Program-made: the position numbers and the translations under genes
Notes under the pieces: generated by a model
Database searches by the model: none
What the model saw: only the letters and a program-made list of their open reading frames with translations
What the model was told of the DNA's origin: nothing
Sequence record: NZ_AP023324.1
Direction: 5' to 3' (one strand)
DNA length: 64,000 bases
From: a plasmid
Shown: one piece after another, positions 42,710 to 52,531 of the stretch
How the letters are laid out: every line of letters starts with the position of its first letter
Position numbering within the stretch: the stretch's first letter is position 1

Positions 42710-44386
42710 TCACATTTGATCGTACCGGTTGATGTCATCAGCGCGGCGTTGAATACGTCGAATGTCACTCAGCCGGGCGGCAGCCGCCCGCCTCGGAGCT
42801 GATTTCGTAAGCAAGCTTTCCGCACTCCGCGTCAAAGCTTCCCACTCCTCAACCGCCAGACCGGTATGACGATCCTTCGTGCCCGCGGCCTCGAGCACGG
42901 CGCGCAGATGGCGGGTGATGACGGGGCGGAAGCGGATCTCTTGGAACCCATCCACGCCAGCGTGATAGGTGCCCGCAATCCGCCGCCACCCTTTGTCCCA
43001 ATATTCCAGATGCCAGGCCGCTGGCGGGGCAATGCCCTCGTCCGAGCCGGCGGGGTGGTCGGCGAAGAAGCGGATGCGGCTGGCATTCAGGGTGACGGGG
43101 TGGGGCCAGCGATATTCGATCCAGGCGGTGGCGGGGTTCTGCCTGGTCCAGTTGCTCCACATGTCGGGCGGTAGCGGGTTCGCGCGCACCACGCCGTCGT
43201 TCAGCGCGGCGAGCCAATATTGCACCGGCACCGGCGCGTTGGAGGCGGTGGCCGAGGCGCTCGGGGCGACATTGCGCGTGGGGCGTGGCGGTGGACCGGG
43301 GGCTTTGGTCGGCTGTACCGGGCGGATGGCGGCGGGGGAGACGCTGTCGTCCCATGTCATCGGATCGAGCGCGACCGAGCGGCGGAAATGGCCGCCGCCT
43401 TTCGCGTCCGCCGTATGATAGGCGAGGTACCAGCGCCCCTTGAATTCGATCGCGCCGGCATGGGAGGTGGTGGAGGAGACGGGGCGCAGGATCACACCGC
43501 GATAGGTCCGGGGACCCATGGGTGATGGGGCCGAGGCATAGGCGGCACGCATGGTAGAGGGTCGGGGTGCAGGGGCTGTCGGGGCCGGCATTGTTCGCGG
43601 CGTAGAGCAGATAATAGGTGCCGCGCCGTTTCATCAGCCAGGGCGCTTCGAAGAAACCGGTCGCGCCGGTGACGATATGTTCGGGCCCTTTGGGGGTGAC
43701 CATGTCCGCCGCCAGTTCCATCGCACGCAGCCGGCCGAACGTGCCCCAATAGATATAGATGCGGCCGTCATCGTCGATCAGGACGGTGGGATCGATATTC
43801 TGGATGTCGTTGGCGACCGGCGTCTCCTGCGAGATGATCGGGCCGGTGGGATGCGCATCGCGCCGGGGCCGGTCGGCCGATCGGCGACCGCGACGCCGAT
43901 CGCGAAGCGGTCCTTGGCCTAGCTCTGGCTCTCGCGCTGCAGGACCGGGGCATAGAGATAGAAGCGGCCGTCGCGCCCCTTCACCATCTGCCCGGCATAG
44001 GCGCGGCCCGGCTCGGCCAGGGCGAAGACGGTCTCGGGCCGGGCGATGGCAGGATGGTGCTGCCATCGCCCGCTGGTGGGATCGTTGGTCGACAGCAGCT
44101 GCCACTCGTTCATGATGAAGTCGTTGACGCCGTCCGGGGCTTCGTCGCGACCCGCCAAGATCCAGAGCGTATCGCCATCGACCAGTGGCGCGGGGTCGGT
44201 CGAATAGAAGCGACCATCGCGAAGGATCGGATTGCCACGGCTATGGATTGTCTCGGGCGACGGCGTCGCGGCACCGGCGAGCAGGATCAGCAAGGGCAGG
44301 ATCGCATGACGCCCCCTCCTGCCGCGACGGGTCGGCGAGTGGAGTGGAGCGTCATCAGGGATTGTCATAGCGGCATGATATCGCAA
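42710..44386 (-). CDS. glycoside hydrolase family 43 protein (signal peptide; multiple frameshifts; 3' end abuts low-GC island boundary)
   Basis: N-terminus MRYHAAMTIPDD…LLILLAGAATP…PILRDGRFYSTDPAPLVDGDTLWILAGRDE (GH43 five-bladed-propeller start). Middle …RRGTYYLLYAANNAG… and …KGRWYLAYHTADAKGG… C-terminal beta-sandwich. Fragments in three frames. Confidence 0.5.
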
Positions 44387-45095
44387 TCACGCCACTATGA
44401 AAGACAATAGTATACAATCTTGATACTATGTAGACATGTCGATCAATCGACAGGTCTACGGAAAAAAAGCCTTGATCGTCAGGGATTTCGGCACTTGCGT
44501 CCTTCCCAGTATCCCCGTTCAGCACCCAGCGATCACCCTCGCGCGTGGCGGCCTGCTCGGCGCTATGCACCTCGTCCAGCTGGCGGGTGAGGAAGGGGAA
44601 GGCGGCACGGATGTCGGCGCGCTGGGTCCAGGCGGGGGGCTGGACGATGCGATAGTCGTAACGCAGCACCTCGCCCTTGACCGCCGGACCGGTCGCGGCG
44701 CCGACATCGCGGGCCTCGGGGCGGACCGCGACCACCTGTTTGCGGCCGTAGCAGAGCAGAGGCTCGGCCGGGCTGCCGGGGTCCAAGCGACGCAGCCACA
44801 GATCGCGCTTGCCCGCTTCGGTCGGCTCGATCCGGACGCGCGGACGATCGCCGGTGTCGGGCAAGGCCACGCGGCGGACCAGTCCGGCCGCGACCAGCGC
44901 GTCGACCTTGGGGCCGCTCAGCGCATCGGCGCTGAATTCGATCGGCCATGTACCCGACAGCAGCGGTGCGCATTGCCGCTGCCCCTCCACCTGCGCGCGG
45001 ATCTGGGCAAGCGCCTCGCCGCTGGGCTGGGGCTGGCTCGCACCTTCGCTGCACGCGGCGAGCAGCGCCAGCCCGGCGACCAGCGCGCGGGTCAC
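44355..45095 (-). CDS. hypothetical lipoprotein (MTRALVAGLALLAACSEG)
   Basis: Lipobox LAAC|S, 246-aa ORF. The last ~35 codons are AT-rich and may lie beyond the true stop. Confidence 0.4.
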   Translation of the reverse strand: MTRALVAGLALLAACSEGASQPQPSGEALAQIRAQVEGQRQCAPLLSGTWPIEFSADALSGPKVDALVAAGLVRRVALPDTGDRPRVRIEPTEAGKRDLWLRRLDPGSPAEPLLCYGRKQVVAVRPEARDVGAATGPAVKGEVLRYDYRIVQPPAWTQRADIRAAFPFLTRQLDEVHSAEQAATREGDRWVLNGDTGKDASAEIPDDQGFFSVDLSIDRHVYIVSRLYTIVFHSGVIAISCRYDNP

Positions 45096-45144
45096 GTCCG
45101 CAACCCCAGCGGCGCCAGCGGTTGCGTCATATCGGAGAGCCAGG

Positions 45145-46107
45145 TCAGGGTCCGCTCGGCGCGGCGACCTCCTTCAGCCGGGCCTGGCCGACATCGCTTT
45201 TGCCGAACCAGCCGCCGGGGGCGTAAAAGGCGTTGCCGCGCACATGCTTGTGCACCTTGTCGATCTGATCCTCGACATCGCCGCCCGGGCGGGTGACGCC
45301 GACCCATTGCACGGGGCCGCGTGACGGATCGGTATTGCCGCGCGGATAGTCGCGCGAACTGGGCAGCGCATCGATCGGCTTGCTGGTCAGGCTGTGCATA
45401 TTGCCCGGAATGGTCTGGGTCACCAGCTCGTCGGAATCGAGCACCCACACCATATAGAAGCCGAGTTCGATCTTGGGCGCCAGCCGGGCGGGATCGATCT
45501 TGCCCTTCGGCTTGTTGGCGATCGGCGCGGCGCGCAAGCTATCATAGGCGCGCGCCTTGTCACGCTCGCTCAGCGAGCGGCTGCGTTCGATCGCGTCGGC
45601 CGCCTCGAACGCCAGCAGCTTGTGATTGATCAGCCAGGAATTGAGCTGCTTGTCGCGGTTGAGCGGGTCGGTGGCCAGCAGGTCGCGGCTGTTGCTCATC
45701 GCCTTGACGATCGAGTCCTTGATCACCTTGCCCGTCTCGTCCTTGACGATGTCGAGCGCCTTGCCGATCGCGAAGGTGGCGGTCGCATTGGCGGCCACCG
45801 CATTATAGACGTTCAGCGCACGGGTGGTGCTGCGCCCCGCCAGCAGGCGCAGCGCGCCGCGATTGGCCAGCACCCGCAGCGAAGAGGTGGCGGCGGTCGC
45901 CATCAGAATCGATCCCGGCAGGATCGCCGCGGCGGTCACGAACAGCTCGGCGCGCGCCTTGTCGCTGTCATTCTGCTTCTTGAAGGTGTCGTTGTAGCTT
46001 TTGTACGCCGTATTATAGGCGATGATATAGGGGTTGCAGACATTGGCCTGCCACGCATCCACCGCATCGCTCACCTGGTTGCGATAGCTTTGTAGTCGAT
46101 CCGGCAT
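45145..46107 (-). CDS. hypothetical protein, no recognisable domain
   Basis: GGAGGG RBS 5 nt before ATG (MPDRLQSYRNQVSDAVDAWQ…). About 320 aa, lower-GC codon usage than neighbours, no signal peptide. Immediately upstream of the lipoprotein gene. Confidence 0.4.
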   Translation of the reverse strand: MPDRLQSYRNQVSDAVDAWQANVCNPYIIAYNTAYKSYNDTFKKQNDSDKARAELFVTAAAILPGSILMATAATSSLRVLANRGALRLLAGRSTTRALNVYNAVAANATATFAIGKALDIVKDETGKVIKDSIVKAMSNSRDLLATDPLNRDKQLNSWLINHKLLAFEAADAIERSRSLSERDKARAYDSLRAAPIANKPKGKIDPARLAPKIELGFYMVWVLDSDELVTQTIPGNMHSLTSKPIDALPSSRDYPRGNTDPSRGPVQWVGVTRPGGDVEDQIDKVHKHVRGNAFYAPGGWFGKSDVGQARLKEVAAPSGP

Positions 46108-46240
46108 TGTGCCCTCCATCGGTCGTCCGGGGGATGGGCCGCGCCATCGGGACGGTGGTCGAAAGTTGCTCAGTGCGAACGTGGGAGGGACCCTAGGGGG
46201 CAATATCGTGGGTCGACAAGGGGGTAGCCGCTTCGCCTGG

Positions 46241-47783
46241 TTAAGTCGGGCTGTCCAAATCGGCGCGCGACGGACAGTGCACGGGCGTCGTGCCCGGCCC
46301 CGGACGATAGACCAGCCGCATCCGGTGCGGCCCCGTCGGCACGCAGGCGGCCAGGTGATAGTCGCGCGCCAATACGCCGCGCAGCACCGCGCGGGTGGCG
46401 GCATTGCCAAAGGCAAAGCGCGGATAATCGTCGACGATCGCGCCAGGCCGCTGGGCGAGGATGCGGCGGATCTCGACAACGGGATCGGTGCCGATCGCGG
46501 CTGCGCTCGCCTCATCGCGGGTATTGAGATGGCCGGGAAAGACCCAGCGTGACGGCAGGCAGCTATGGGTCAGCATATAGAGCGCTGGATAGCCGTCATA
46601 GACATAGAGGCAGCCGCTGGCCGGTGTCGCCGCGCGCGCGACCGCCATCGCCTCGGCCGCACCGCCCTTGGTACGTTCGCTCAAGAAAAGCACGATCTGC
46701 CCGGCCAATGCGATCGCGAGGACGAAGGTGATGATCCATGTCCGCCGCCAGCGGTCGAATACGGGCGCCGCGACGATCACGGCGGGCAGGACGATCGGCA
46801 TGGCATAATGCGGGCTGCCGAACCGGCCATAGAGCAGCACCGCCGCGACCGTCACCGCCAGCCAGATCAGCAGCACGCCGAAGCCGCCCCGTGCCTCGCC
46901 CGGTACGCGACGCCAGGGCCGGCCGACCGCGATCACCAGCGCCAGCGGCGACAGGATGCCGAAACAGGCCGCCAGCCCTTCCAACTCATCGGCCAGCGGC
47001 CGCGCCGCCTGTCCGCCGACGGACAGGAAATTGCCGAACAGCCAGGGCGGGGCCATGCCCCATCGTGGCATAGACGCCGTAAGCGACCAGCGTCGGCAGC
47101 AGCGCCAGCGCGATCCACCCCAGCGCCATGCCGGCCAATCGCGCCATCGGCACCCGCGTGCGCCACCCGTGCCAGAGCAGGATACAGCCAAAGGCCACCC
47201 CTTCGGGCAGCACCGAATATTTGATCTGGAGCGCGATCCCGATCGCCGCCATCGCGACCGCGCCCTGAACGCACAGCCGCCCCGCCCTGGACCGCGCGCA
47301 ATACCGCGCCCGCCGCCACCAGCATCAGCGCATTGTAGAAGACGGGGACTGACCCCCTTCCCCTCCATCAGGTTCAGCCAGAGGATATAGAGGATCGCCG
47401 CCACGATCGCGCCGACCGAGCCCGCGAACCGCCGTGCCACCCGGTGCACGCCATAAGCGGTAGCGATGACGAAACCGGTCGCGACCAGCTTATAGGCCAG
47501 AACCCGTCGCCCCGAGCGACCGCGCACCGGCATAGAGCAGGAACAGCCCGATCGGCTTGCGGTCGAAAATGTCGACATAGGGCAGCGCGCCGTGCAGCAC
47601 CCGGTCGCCGACCAGCAGATAGAATTGCTCGTCGAACCCGATTACCGGATTGCCGAAGGTCCGCGCGCGGGCGACCAGCGCGACCAGCGTCAGGAGCAGC
47701 AGCACGGTCCCCTGCCCGCCCCAGCCCTGCCCGTTCCGGCTGCGCCGCGCCGTCCATCCCCGCTGACCCTGCCCGTCCTTCAT
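46241..47783 (-). CDS. ArnT/PMT-like membrane glycosyltransferase (GT39/GT83 family), several frameshifts
   Basis: N-terminus …RTFGNPVIGFDEQFYLLVGDRVLHGALPYVDIFDRKPIGLFLLYAGA… is the conserved first periplasmic loop of GT-C ArnT-like enzymes (FDE…Y, DRKP…). The rest is polytopic membrane sequence spread over ≥3 frames. Confidence 0.55.
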
Positions 47784-47966
47784 ACGACCAGCGGGTGGGT
47801 CGCTTTGCGCGCGAAGGCAAGCGGCAATGCGTCGGGGCCGCGATGACAGTCCCTTATGACGCCTGTGTCATGGGGGGCTGTCTATGGACGGGGCGGTCAT
47901 GCTATCCGGGCGACCTATGAGCGGGATCATGGGCCATATCGATAAGGATCGGGGCGGGCGGATGAC

Positions 47967-49138
47967 GTGCGCGTCCTGACCTTCCTGCACAGTTTCGAAC
48001 CGGGTGGGGTGGAGCGGATCGCGCTGCGCCTCGTCCATCGCTGGCGCGCGACCGGCGTCGATGCGCCGCTGTTCCTGGGGCGGACCGATGGCGCGATGGC
48101 GCGAGATGTCGGCGCCGACCTCGACTTCGTGACGCCGCGACGTCGCTGGCCGGGCATCGTGCATTGGGAAACGCTGTGGATGGTTGCCACGCTGCCGCGC
48201 GCGGTGCGGACGATCCGGCCGGACGTGCTGTTCTGCGCGGGCAATACCTATGCCTTTGTCGCGGTGATGCTGAAGCTGATCCTGGGTCGCGATTGCCCGC
48301 CGATCATCGCCAAGATCAGCAACAATCTCGATCGCACCGACGCGTCTGGGTCTACCGTGTCTTCTACCGCCTCTGGCTGCGTATCCAGGGGCTGGCGATC
48401 GACCATTTCGTCGGCATGGAAAAGCCGATGCGCGCCGAGATCGTGCAATGCATCGGCGTTTCGCCCGCCCGCGTCGCGATCATCCCCGACCCCGCCTTGT
48501 CCGAGGCGCAGATCGCCGCGTTACGCCAGGATGCGCCGGTCGCACAGCCGCACGACGACTGCGGCCACCGCTTCGTCACCGTCGCGCGGCTGGCGCCGCA
48601 GAAGAACCTGGCGCTGATGCTGCGCGGTTTCGCGCGCGGTGCCGCGCCCGCCGACACGCTCACCATCTTTGGTGAAGGCCCCGAACGTACGATGCTTGAG
48701 GCATTGGCGGTGGAACTGGGCGTGGCCGACCGGATCGCGTTCCGGGGTTATGTCGCCAACCCCGCCAGCCTCCTGTCGGGCTACGACACGCTGCTCCTGT
48801 CCTCGCATTATGAGGGGGTACCGGCGGTGATCCTCGAGGCGCTGGCCGCCAATATCGGCATCATCTCCACCGATTGCAGCCGATCGATGGCCGCTTTGCT
48901 GCAACAGGGTGCGCTGGGCACGCTGGTGCCGGTCGGCGACGAAGCAGGCTTCGCAGCCGCCATCCGCACCGCCCGCCCCAGGGCCCAGAACGCCCAGCGC
49001 ACGCTGCACCAAGCGCGCCGCTTCACCATCGAACATGGCGCGGACCATTATGCCCGCGTGATGCGCACCGTTCTGCACCGCCGGGCCATGCCGGCACCCG
49101 CCCCGCGTATCGAGGTCCCGGTCGCGCCGCAGCTTTGA
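47967..49138 (+). CDS. glycosyltransferase family 1, frameshift near 48350
   Basis: MRVLTFLHSFEPGGVERIALRL… (GT4 N-terminus). C-domain …LLLSSHYEGVPAVILEALAANIGIISTDCS…. Confidence 0.65.
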
Positions 49139-49162
49139 GCCCGGCGCACAGGGCCTGTCGCC

Positions 49163-49600
49163 CTATGTCAGCTGCAACGTTTCCAGCATGGCATGAAACT
49201 GGGGTTCGAGCGCGGCCATGTCGCCGCGCGGTGCGGTGGCCGCCGCGACCACGACCGTATCGGGGTCCGCCGGCAGGAAGGACAGCCACTGCGCCAGCGG
49301 CTCCACACCATCGGTCCAGACAAGCCGCATCTCGGCGGTCGGCAAATCGGGCGTGGCGTGGCGGCGCATCAGTTCCGCATAGCCCGGCTTGCCCTTCCAG
49401 CGTTTAATCTCACCCTCGACATGCGCCTCGATCCGCCGGGCGATGTCGGCAGGGGCCTGTCCGCCGCCCGCCAGCACGTCACGCGTCACCACCAGATTGG
49501 CCGCGATCCCCGATGCGCCGGGAGGTGCCGTCAGCACCAGCATCGATCGGTCGGCCCACCCCTCGGGACAAGCGATCTCCATGCCCTGCACCCAACTCAC
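49163..49600 (-). CDS. hypothetical protein, last gene of the toxin/ankyrin operon (overlaps 3' end of third ankyrin copy by 4 bp)
   Basis: 145 aa, no signal peptide and no clear motif. Co-oriented with and abutting the immunity array. Confidence 0.35.
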   Translation of the reverse strand: MSWVQGMEIACPEGWADRSMLVLTAPPGASGIAANLVVTRDVLAGGGQAPADIARRIEAHVEGEIKRWKGKPGYAELMRRHATPDLPTAEMRLVWTDGVEPLAQWLSFLPADPDTVVVAAATAPRGDMAALEPQFHAMLETLQLT

Positions 49601-50068
49601 GACTGGGCCCCCGCCGGTGGCCAGCGCCCTTCCTTGACCATTTCCAGCACCTCGTCGCTCTTGGGCGGCGGAAAGGGATAGCCGCGCGCCTTCAGCTTGG
49701 CGATCACTCGCAACCGCGCTTGATCCTCCTCTGATCCGGGAATGACGCGGCTGGTTTCAGCTATCTGAGCGGCCGTCATACCGAATTGATTATAGGCCCA
49801 GATGTCGGCCCCGTGATCGATGAGAATTTCGACCACGGTCCATTGGTTTGAGCCGCGGCAAAGATCATCGGCGTGTCATTGTTGGTGTAATAGCGTTCGT
49901 TCTGGCCGACGCCCTGATCCGCCAGGGCGACGCACCTCATCGGTCTTGGCATGCATGACGGCACCTAACATCGGCTGGATCGCCTGCTTGTTCGTCACCG
50001 TGTCTTCTCCCGAGCATCCTGCTGCCAGCAGGCACCCGATCACCACGGCATAAGTTCGAAGGGGTTTC
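49597..50068 (-). CDS. ankyrin-repeat lipoprotein, third paralogue (decayed, ≥3 frameshifts)
   Basis: Frame-corrected reading MKPLRTYAVVIGCLLAAGCSGEDTVTNKQAIQPMLGAVMHAKTDEVRR…LADQGVGQNERYYTNNDTPMIFAAAQTNGPW…VEILIDHGADIWAYNQFGMTAAQIAETSRVIPGSEEDQARLRVIAKLKARGYPFPPPKSDEVLEMVKEGRWPPAGAQS, about 80% identical to the two upstream copies. Confidence 0.5.
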
Positions 50069-50085
50069 CATACCCTGCACCCGGC

Positions 50086-50562
50086 TCACGATCGTGCCCC
50101 TGCTGGTAGCCAGCGCCCTTCCTTGACCATTTCCAGCACTTCGTCGCTCTTGGGCGGCGGAAAGGGATAGCCGCGCGCCTTCAGCTTGGCGATCACGCGC
50201 AACCGCGCCTGATCCTCTTCCGATCCGGGAATGACGCGGCTGGTTTGGGTGCGCTGGGCGGCGGTGATGCCGAACTGGTCATGCGCCCAGATATCGGCAC
50301 CATGATCGATCAAGGTTTCGACCATGCCCCACTGCATCGTTTCGGCCGCCGCAATCATCGGCGTGCTTTGATTGGCCGGATCGCGTTCGTTCAGGCTGAT
50401 GCCCTGTTCCGCTAGCTGGCGAACCCTTTCAGGCCGGGAATGCATTACAGCCCCCAACATCGGCTGTATTGCCGTATTGTTCGTCACCGTGCTCTTCCCC
50501 GAGCACCCAGCCGCCAATAGGCAGCCGATCGTCACGGCATAGACCTGCCAAATGATTTTCAT
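50086..50562 (-). CDS. ankyrin-repeat lipoprotein (putative periplasmic immunity protein), second paralogue
   Basis: Lipobox LAAGC|SG. Ankyrin repeats (…TPMIAAAETMQWGMVETLIDHGADIWAHDQFGITAAQ…). 158 aa, intact. Confidence 0.65.
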   Translation of the reverse strand: MKIIWQVYAVTIGCLLAAGCSGKSTVTNNTAIQPMLGAVMHSRPERVRQLAEQGISLNERDPANQSTPMIAAAETMQWGMVETLIDHGADIWAHDQFGITAAQRTQTSRVIPGSEEDQARLRVIAKLKARGYPFPPPKSDEVLEMVKEGRWLPAGARS

Positions 50563-50575
50563 ACCCTTCGCTCAC

Positions 50576-51058
50576 CTATGACTGCGCTCCCGTCGGTGGC
50601 CAGCGTCGTTCCTCGACCAGCTTCAGCACCTCGTCGCTCTTCGGTGGCGGAAAGGGATAGCCACGCGCCTTCAGCTTGGCGATCACGCGCAACCGCGCCT
50701 TGTCCTCATCTGATCCCGGCATGACGCGGCTGGTCTCGGCCTCTTGCGCAGCCGTCATGCCAAACTCGTCATATGCCCAGATGTCGGCGCCGTGGTCGAT
50801 CAGGATTTCTACCATATTCCATTGCATCGTTTGCGCTGCCGCAATCATTGGCGTACTTTGATCAGCGGAATAACGCTCGTTCAGGCCGATGCCTTTATCT
50901 GCCAGCCGACGCACTTCGTCTATTTTCGAGTGCATTACTGCACCGAGCATCGGCTGAATCGCGGCCTCGTTTGTCACTGTGTTCTCTCCCGAACATCCTG
51001 CGGCTAGTAGATAAGTAATCACCGTCAGATGACGCCACATAACATGCCCCTTATCCAC
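50576..51058 (-). CDS. ankyrin-repeat lipoprotein (putative periplasmic immunity protein), first paralogue
   Basis: Lipobox LAAGC|SG, same architecture, 160 aa. Starts 8 bp inside the 3' end of the toxin gene. Confidence 0.65.
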   Translation of the reverse strand: MDKGHVMWRHLTVITYLLAAGCSGENTVTNEAAIQPMLGAVMHSKIDEVRRLADKGIGLNERYSADQSTPMIAAAQTMQWNMVEILIDHGADIWAYDEFGMTAAQEAETSRVMPGSDEDKARLRVIAKLKARGYPFPPPKSDEVLKLVEERRWPPTGAQS

Positions 51059-52279
51059 ATCCGTTGGTGATCAAATCCAGCGCGATTGAGCGCTGTTTCA
51101 AATGAATTGCGGGGATGACCTCGTCCATGAGATGCAAATTGACGGAGCGCATGGCTGCATATTTGCCTGCGGCCAAGATACCATCGCGTTCATAGGCTTG
51201 GCGTATCCCTTCACTCATTTCAGGCTCGTCAGGGGGCAACCGCCATGCGCGGGTTTCAGCTGTCCTGGGCATTCCTGGAATTTCCTGGCTGGCACGTAAA
51301 ATCTCGCCGTCCAGATAAACACCGTCTATTTCTGATGGTAAGGCGTTGGACACGGTGTTGCTGCGCAGGCCAGCCGCATTGAATGTCGTTGCCGGCAAGC
51401 CAGAAGAGCGCGCCGCAGCAGAGGCCATGCCGCCCCCCAAAGAATGACCAACAAATCGAGTTTTGGTGCCCGCCCCACCGGCGGCATTGATAACCTTTCT
51501 GCCAATTCGCTGGGAATGGTTATAATAGAACGCATCCATCCCCAGGCCTTGGGCAAAGTTCTGCCCCCAATCCGAAGCACTAGTCATGGTCGTCCCCTTG
51601 AAAGCCACCAGCGGCGCGCCCGTCGCATTGTTGACGAACACGCCGGCGCGGAACTCACTGGGCTCGCCGGATGACGGATCGATGGGATGCTCCAGCATCG
51701 CTTCCGTCAGGTTCAACCGGCGCAGATCCTCGGGCGTGGCGTTGCGATAGCCGGGCGGCGGGGTGCGTTCGCCGGGGGGATCATAGACCGCCTGCGCGGC
51801 CTGCGCCTCGACGAGGAATTGCGCGATTTTCGCGGCGTCCGCGCGCAGCAGATCGCAGGTCGAGGGCGGTGGTCCCTGACCGATCCGGACATCGGGCGAT
51901 CCCTCCAGGATGAGAGCACCGCAATCGAGCGTGTCGGAAACCCGCGCCGCCTCGCGCTGGTTGATGGAGACCGTACGAGACCCGCTGACGACCGTGCGCA
52001 GGCCGCTATGCTGGCGGCATTGGCCGGTCGACCGGATCGTCATGGTGGCGGGGCGGCCATTGATAAAGACGTCGCGCGATCCGAGCGTCAGCTGGCCATC
52101 GGCCGGCGCCCAGCGTCCGCCGCTCAGCCCACGCGCGATCAGCCGGCCGAGATTGCCCGCGCGCATGTCCACCTCGCTGCGACGGGCAAAGAACAAACCG
52201 TCCAGTGCCTCGCCGAACAGGCCCCGCTAAAGCTGTGGCCGATCGGATCGCCCACTCTGGCGGCGGCATTCATGCTCAT
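51051..52279 (-). CDS. PAAR-domain toxin with C-terminal class-3 lipase/alpha-beta-hydrolase domain (T6SS Tle-like phospholipase effector candidate), one frameshift near 52140-52200
   Basis: N-terminus MSMNAAARVGDPIGHSFSG and, after the frameshift, …GSRDVFINGRPATMTIRSTGQC… are the two halves of a PAAR motif. C-terminal …TRFVGHSLGGGMASAAARSSG… is a GHSLGG lipase nucleophile elbow with upstream oxyanion-hole region. Confidence 0.65.
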
Positions 52280-52531
52280 CGCGGGCGCTTCTCCTGCATG
52301 TCGTCGCGATCGTTTGACCTTATTCGACAATCGTCGGACGGGTAAACAAGCCATATCTTCACGTCAGTTATGAAAACCACGACAGGGTTGCGCTGCGATA
52401 TTCATCGATATGGCGAACCATGAGCCTTAATTGTGACATGATTGCCACACTAAACATCGCCATCACGTCGGCGATGGGAGTGGCTGGGCGATGGGGTACA
52501 GGGAGCGCGCGCGGCCGAGGGGCGGCGTGGG

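Noticed and set aside
42771-42795. GC-rich hairpin CCGGGCGGCAGCCGCCCG near the low-GC island boundary considered as an intrinsic terminator
   Set aside because: It is not followed by a U-tract on either strand and lies within the reading frame of the GH43 C-terminal tail. No support as a terminator.
42849-44105. 418-aa minus-strand ORF across the GH43 region
   Set aside because: Only short internal segments match GH43 (RRGTYYLLYAANNAG). The rest is Arg/Pro-rich out-of-frame read-through. Treated as one frame of the frameshifted GH43 gene rather than a separate gene.
47567-47582. ATGTCGACAT palindrome at 47569-47578
   Set aside because: Matches the recurrent motif but coincides with the start codon (ATG TCG ACA = MST) of the minus-strand ArnT-like ORF. 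Likely a coincidental coding sequence rather than a regulatory site, although it may mark a mis-called start.
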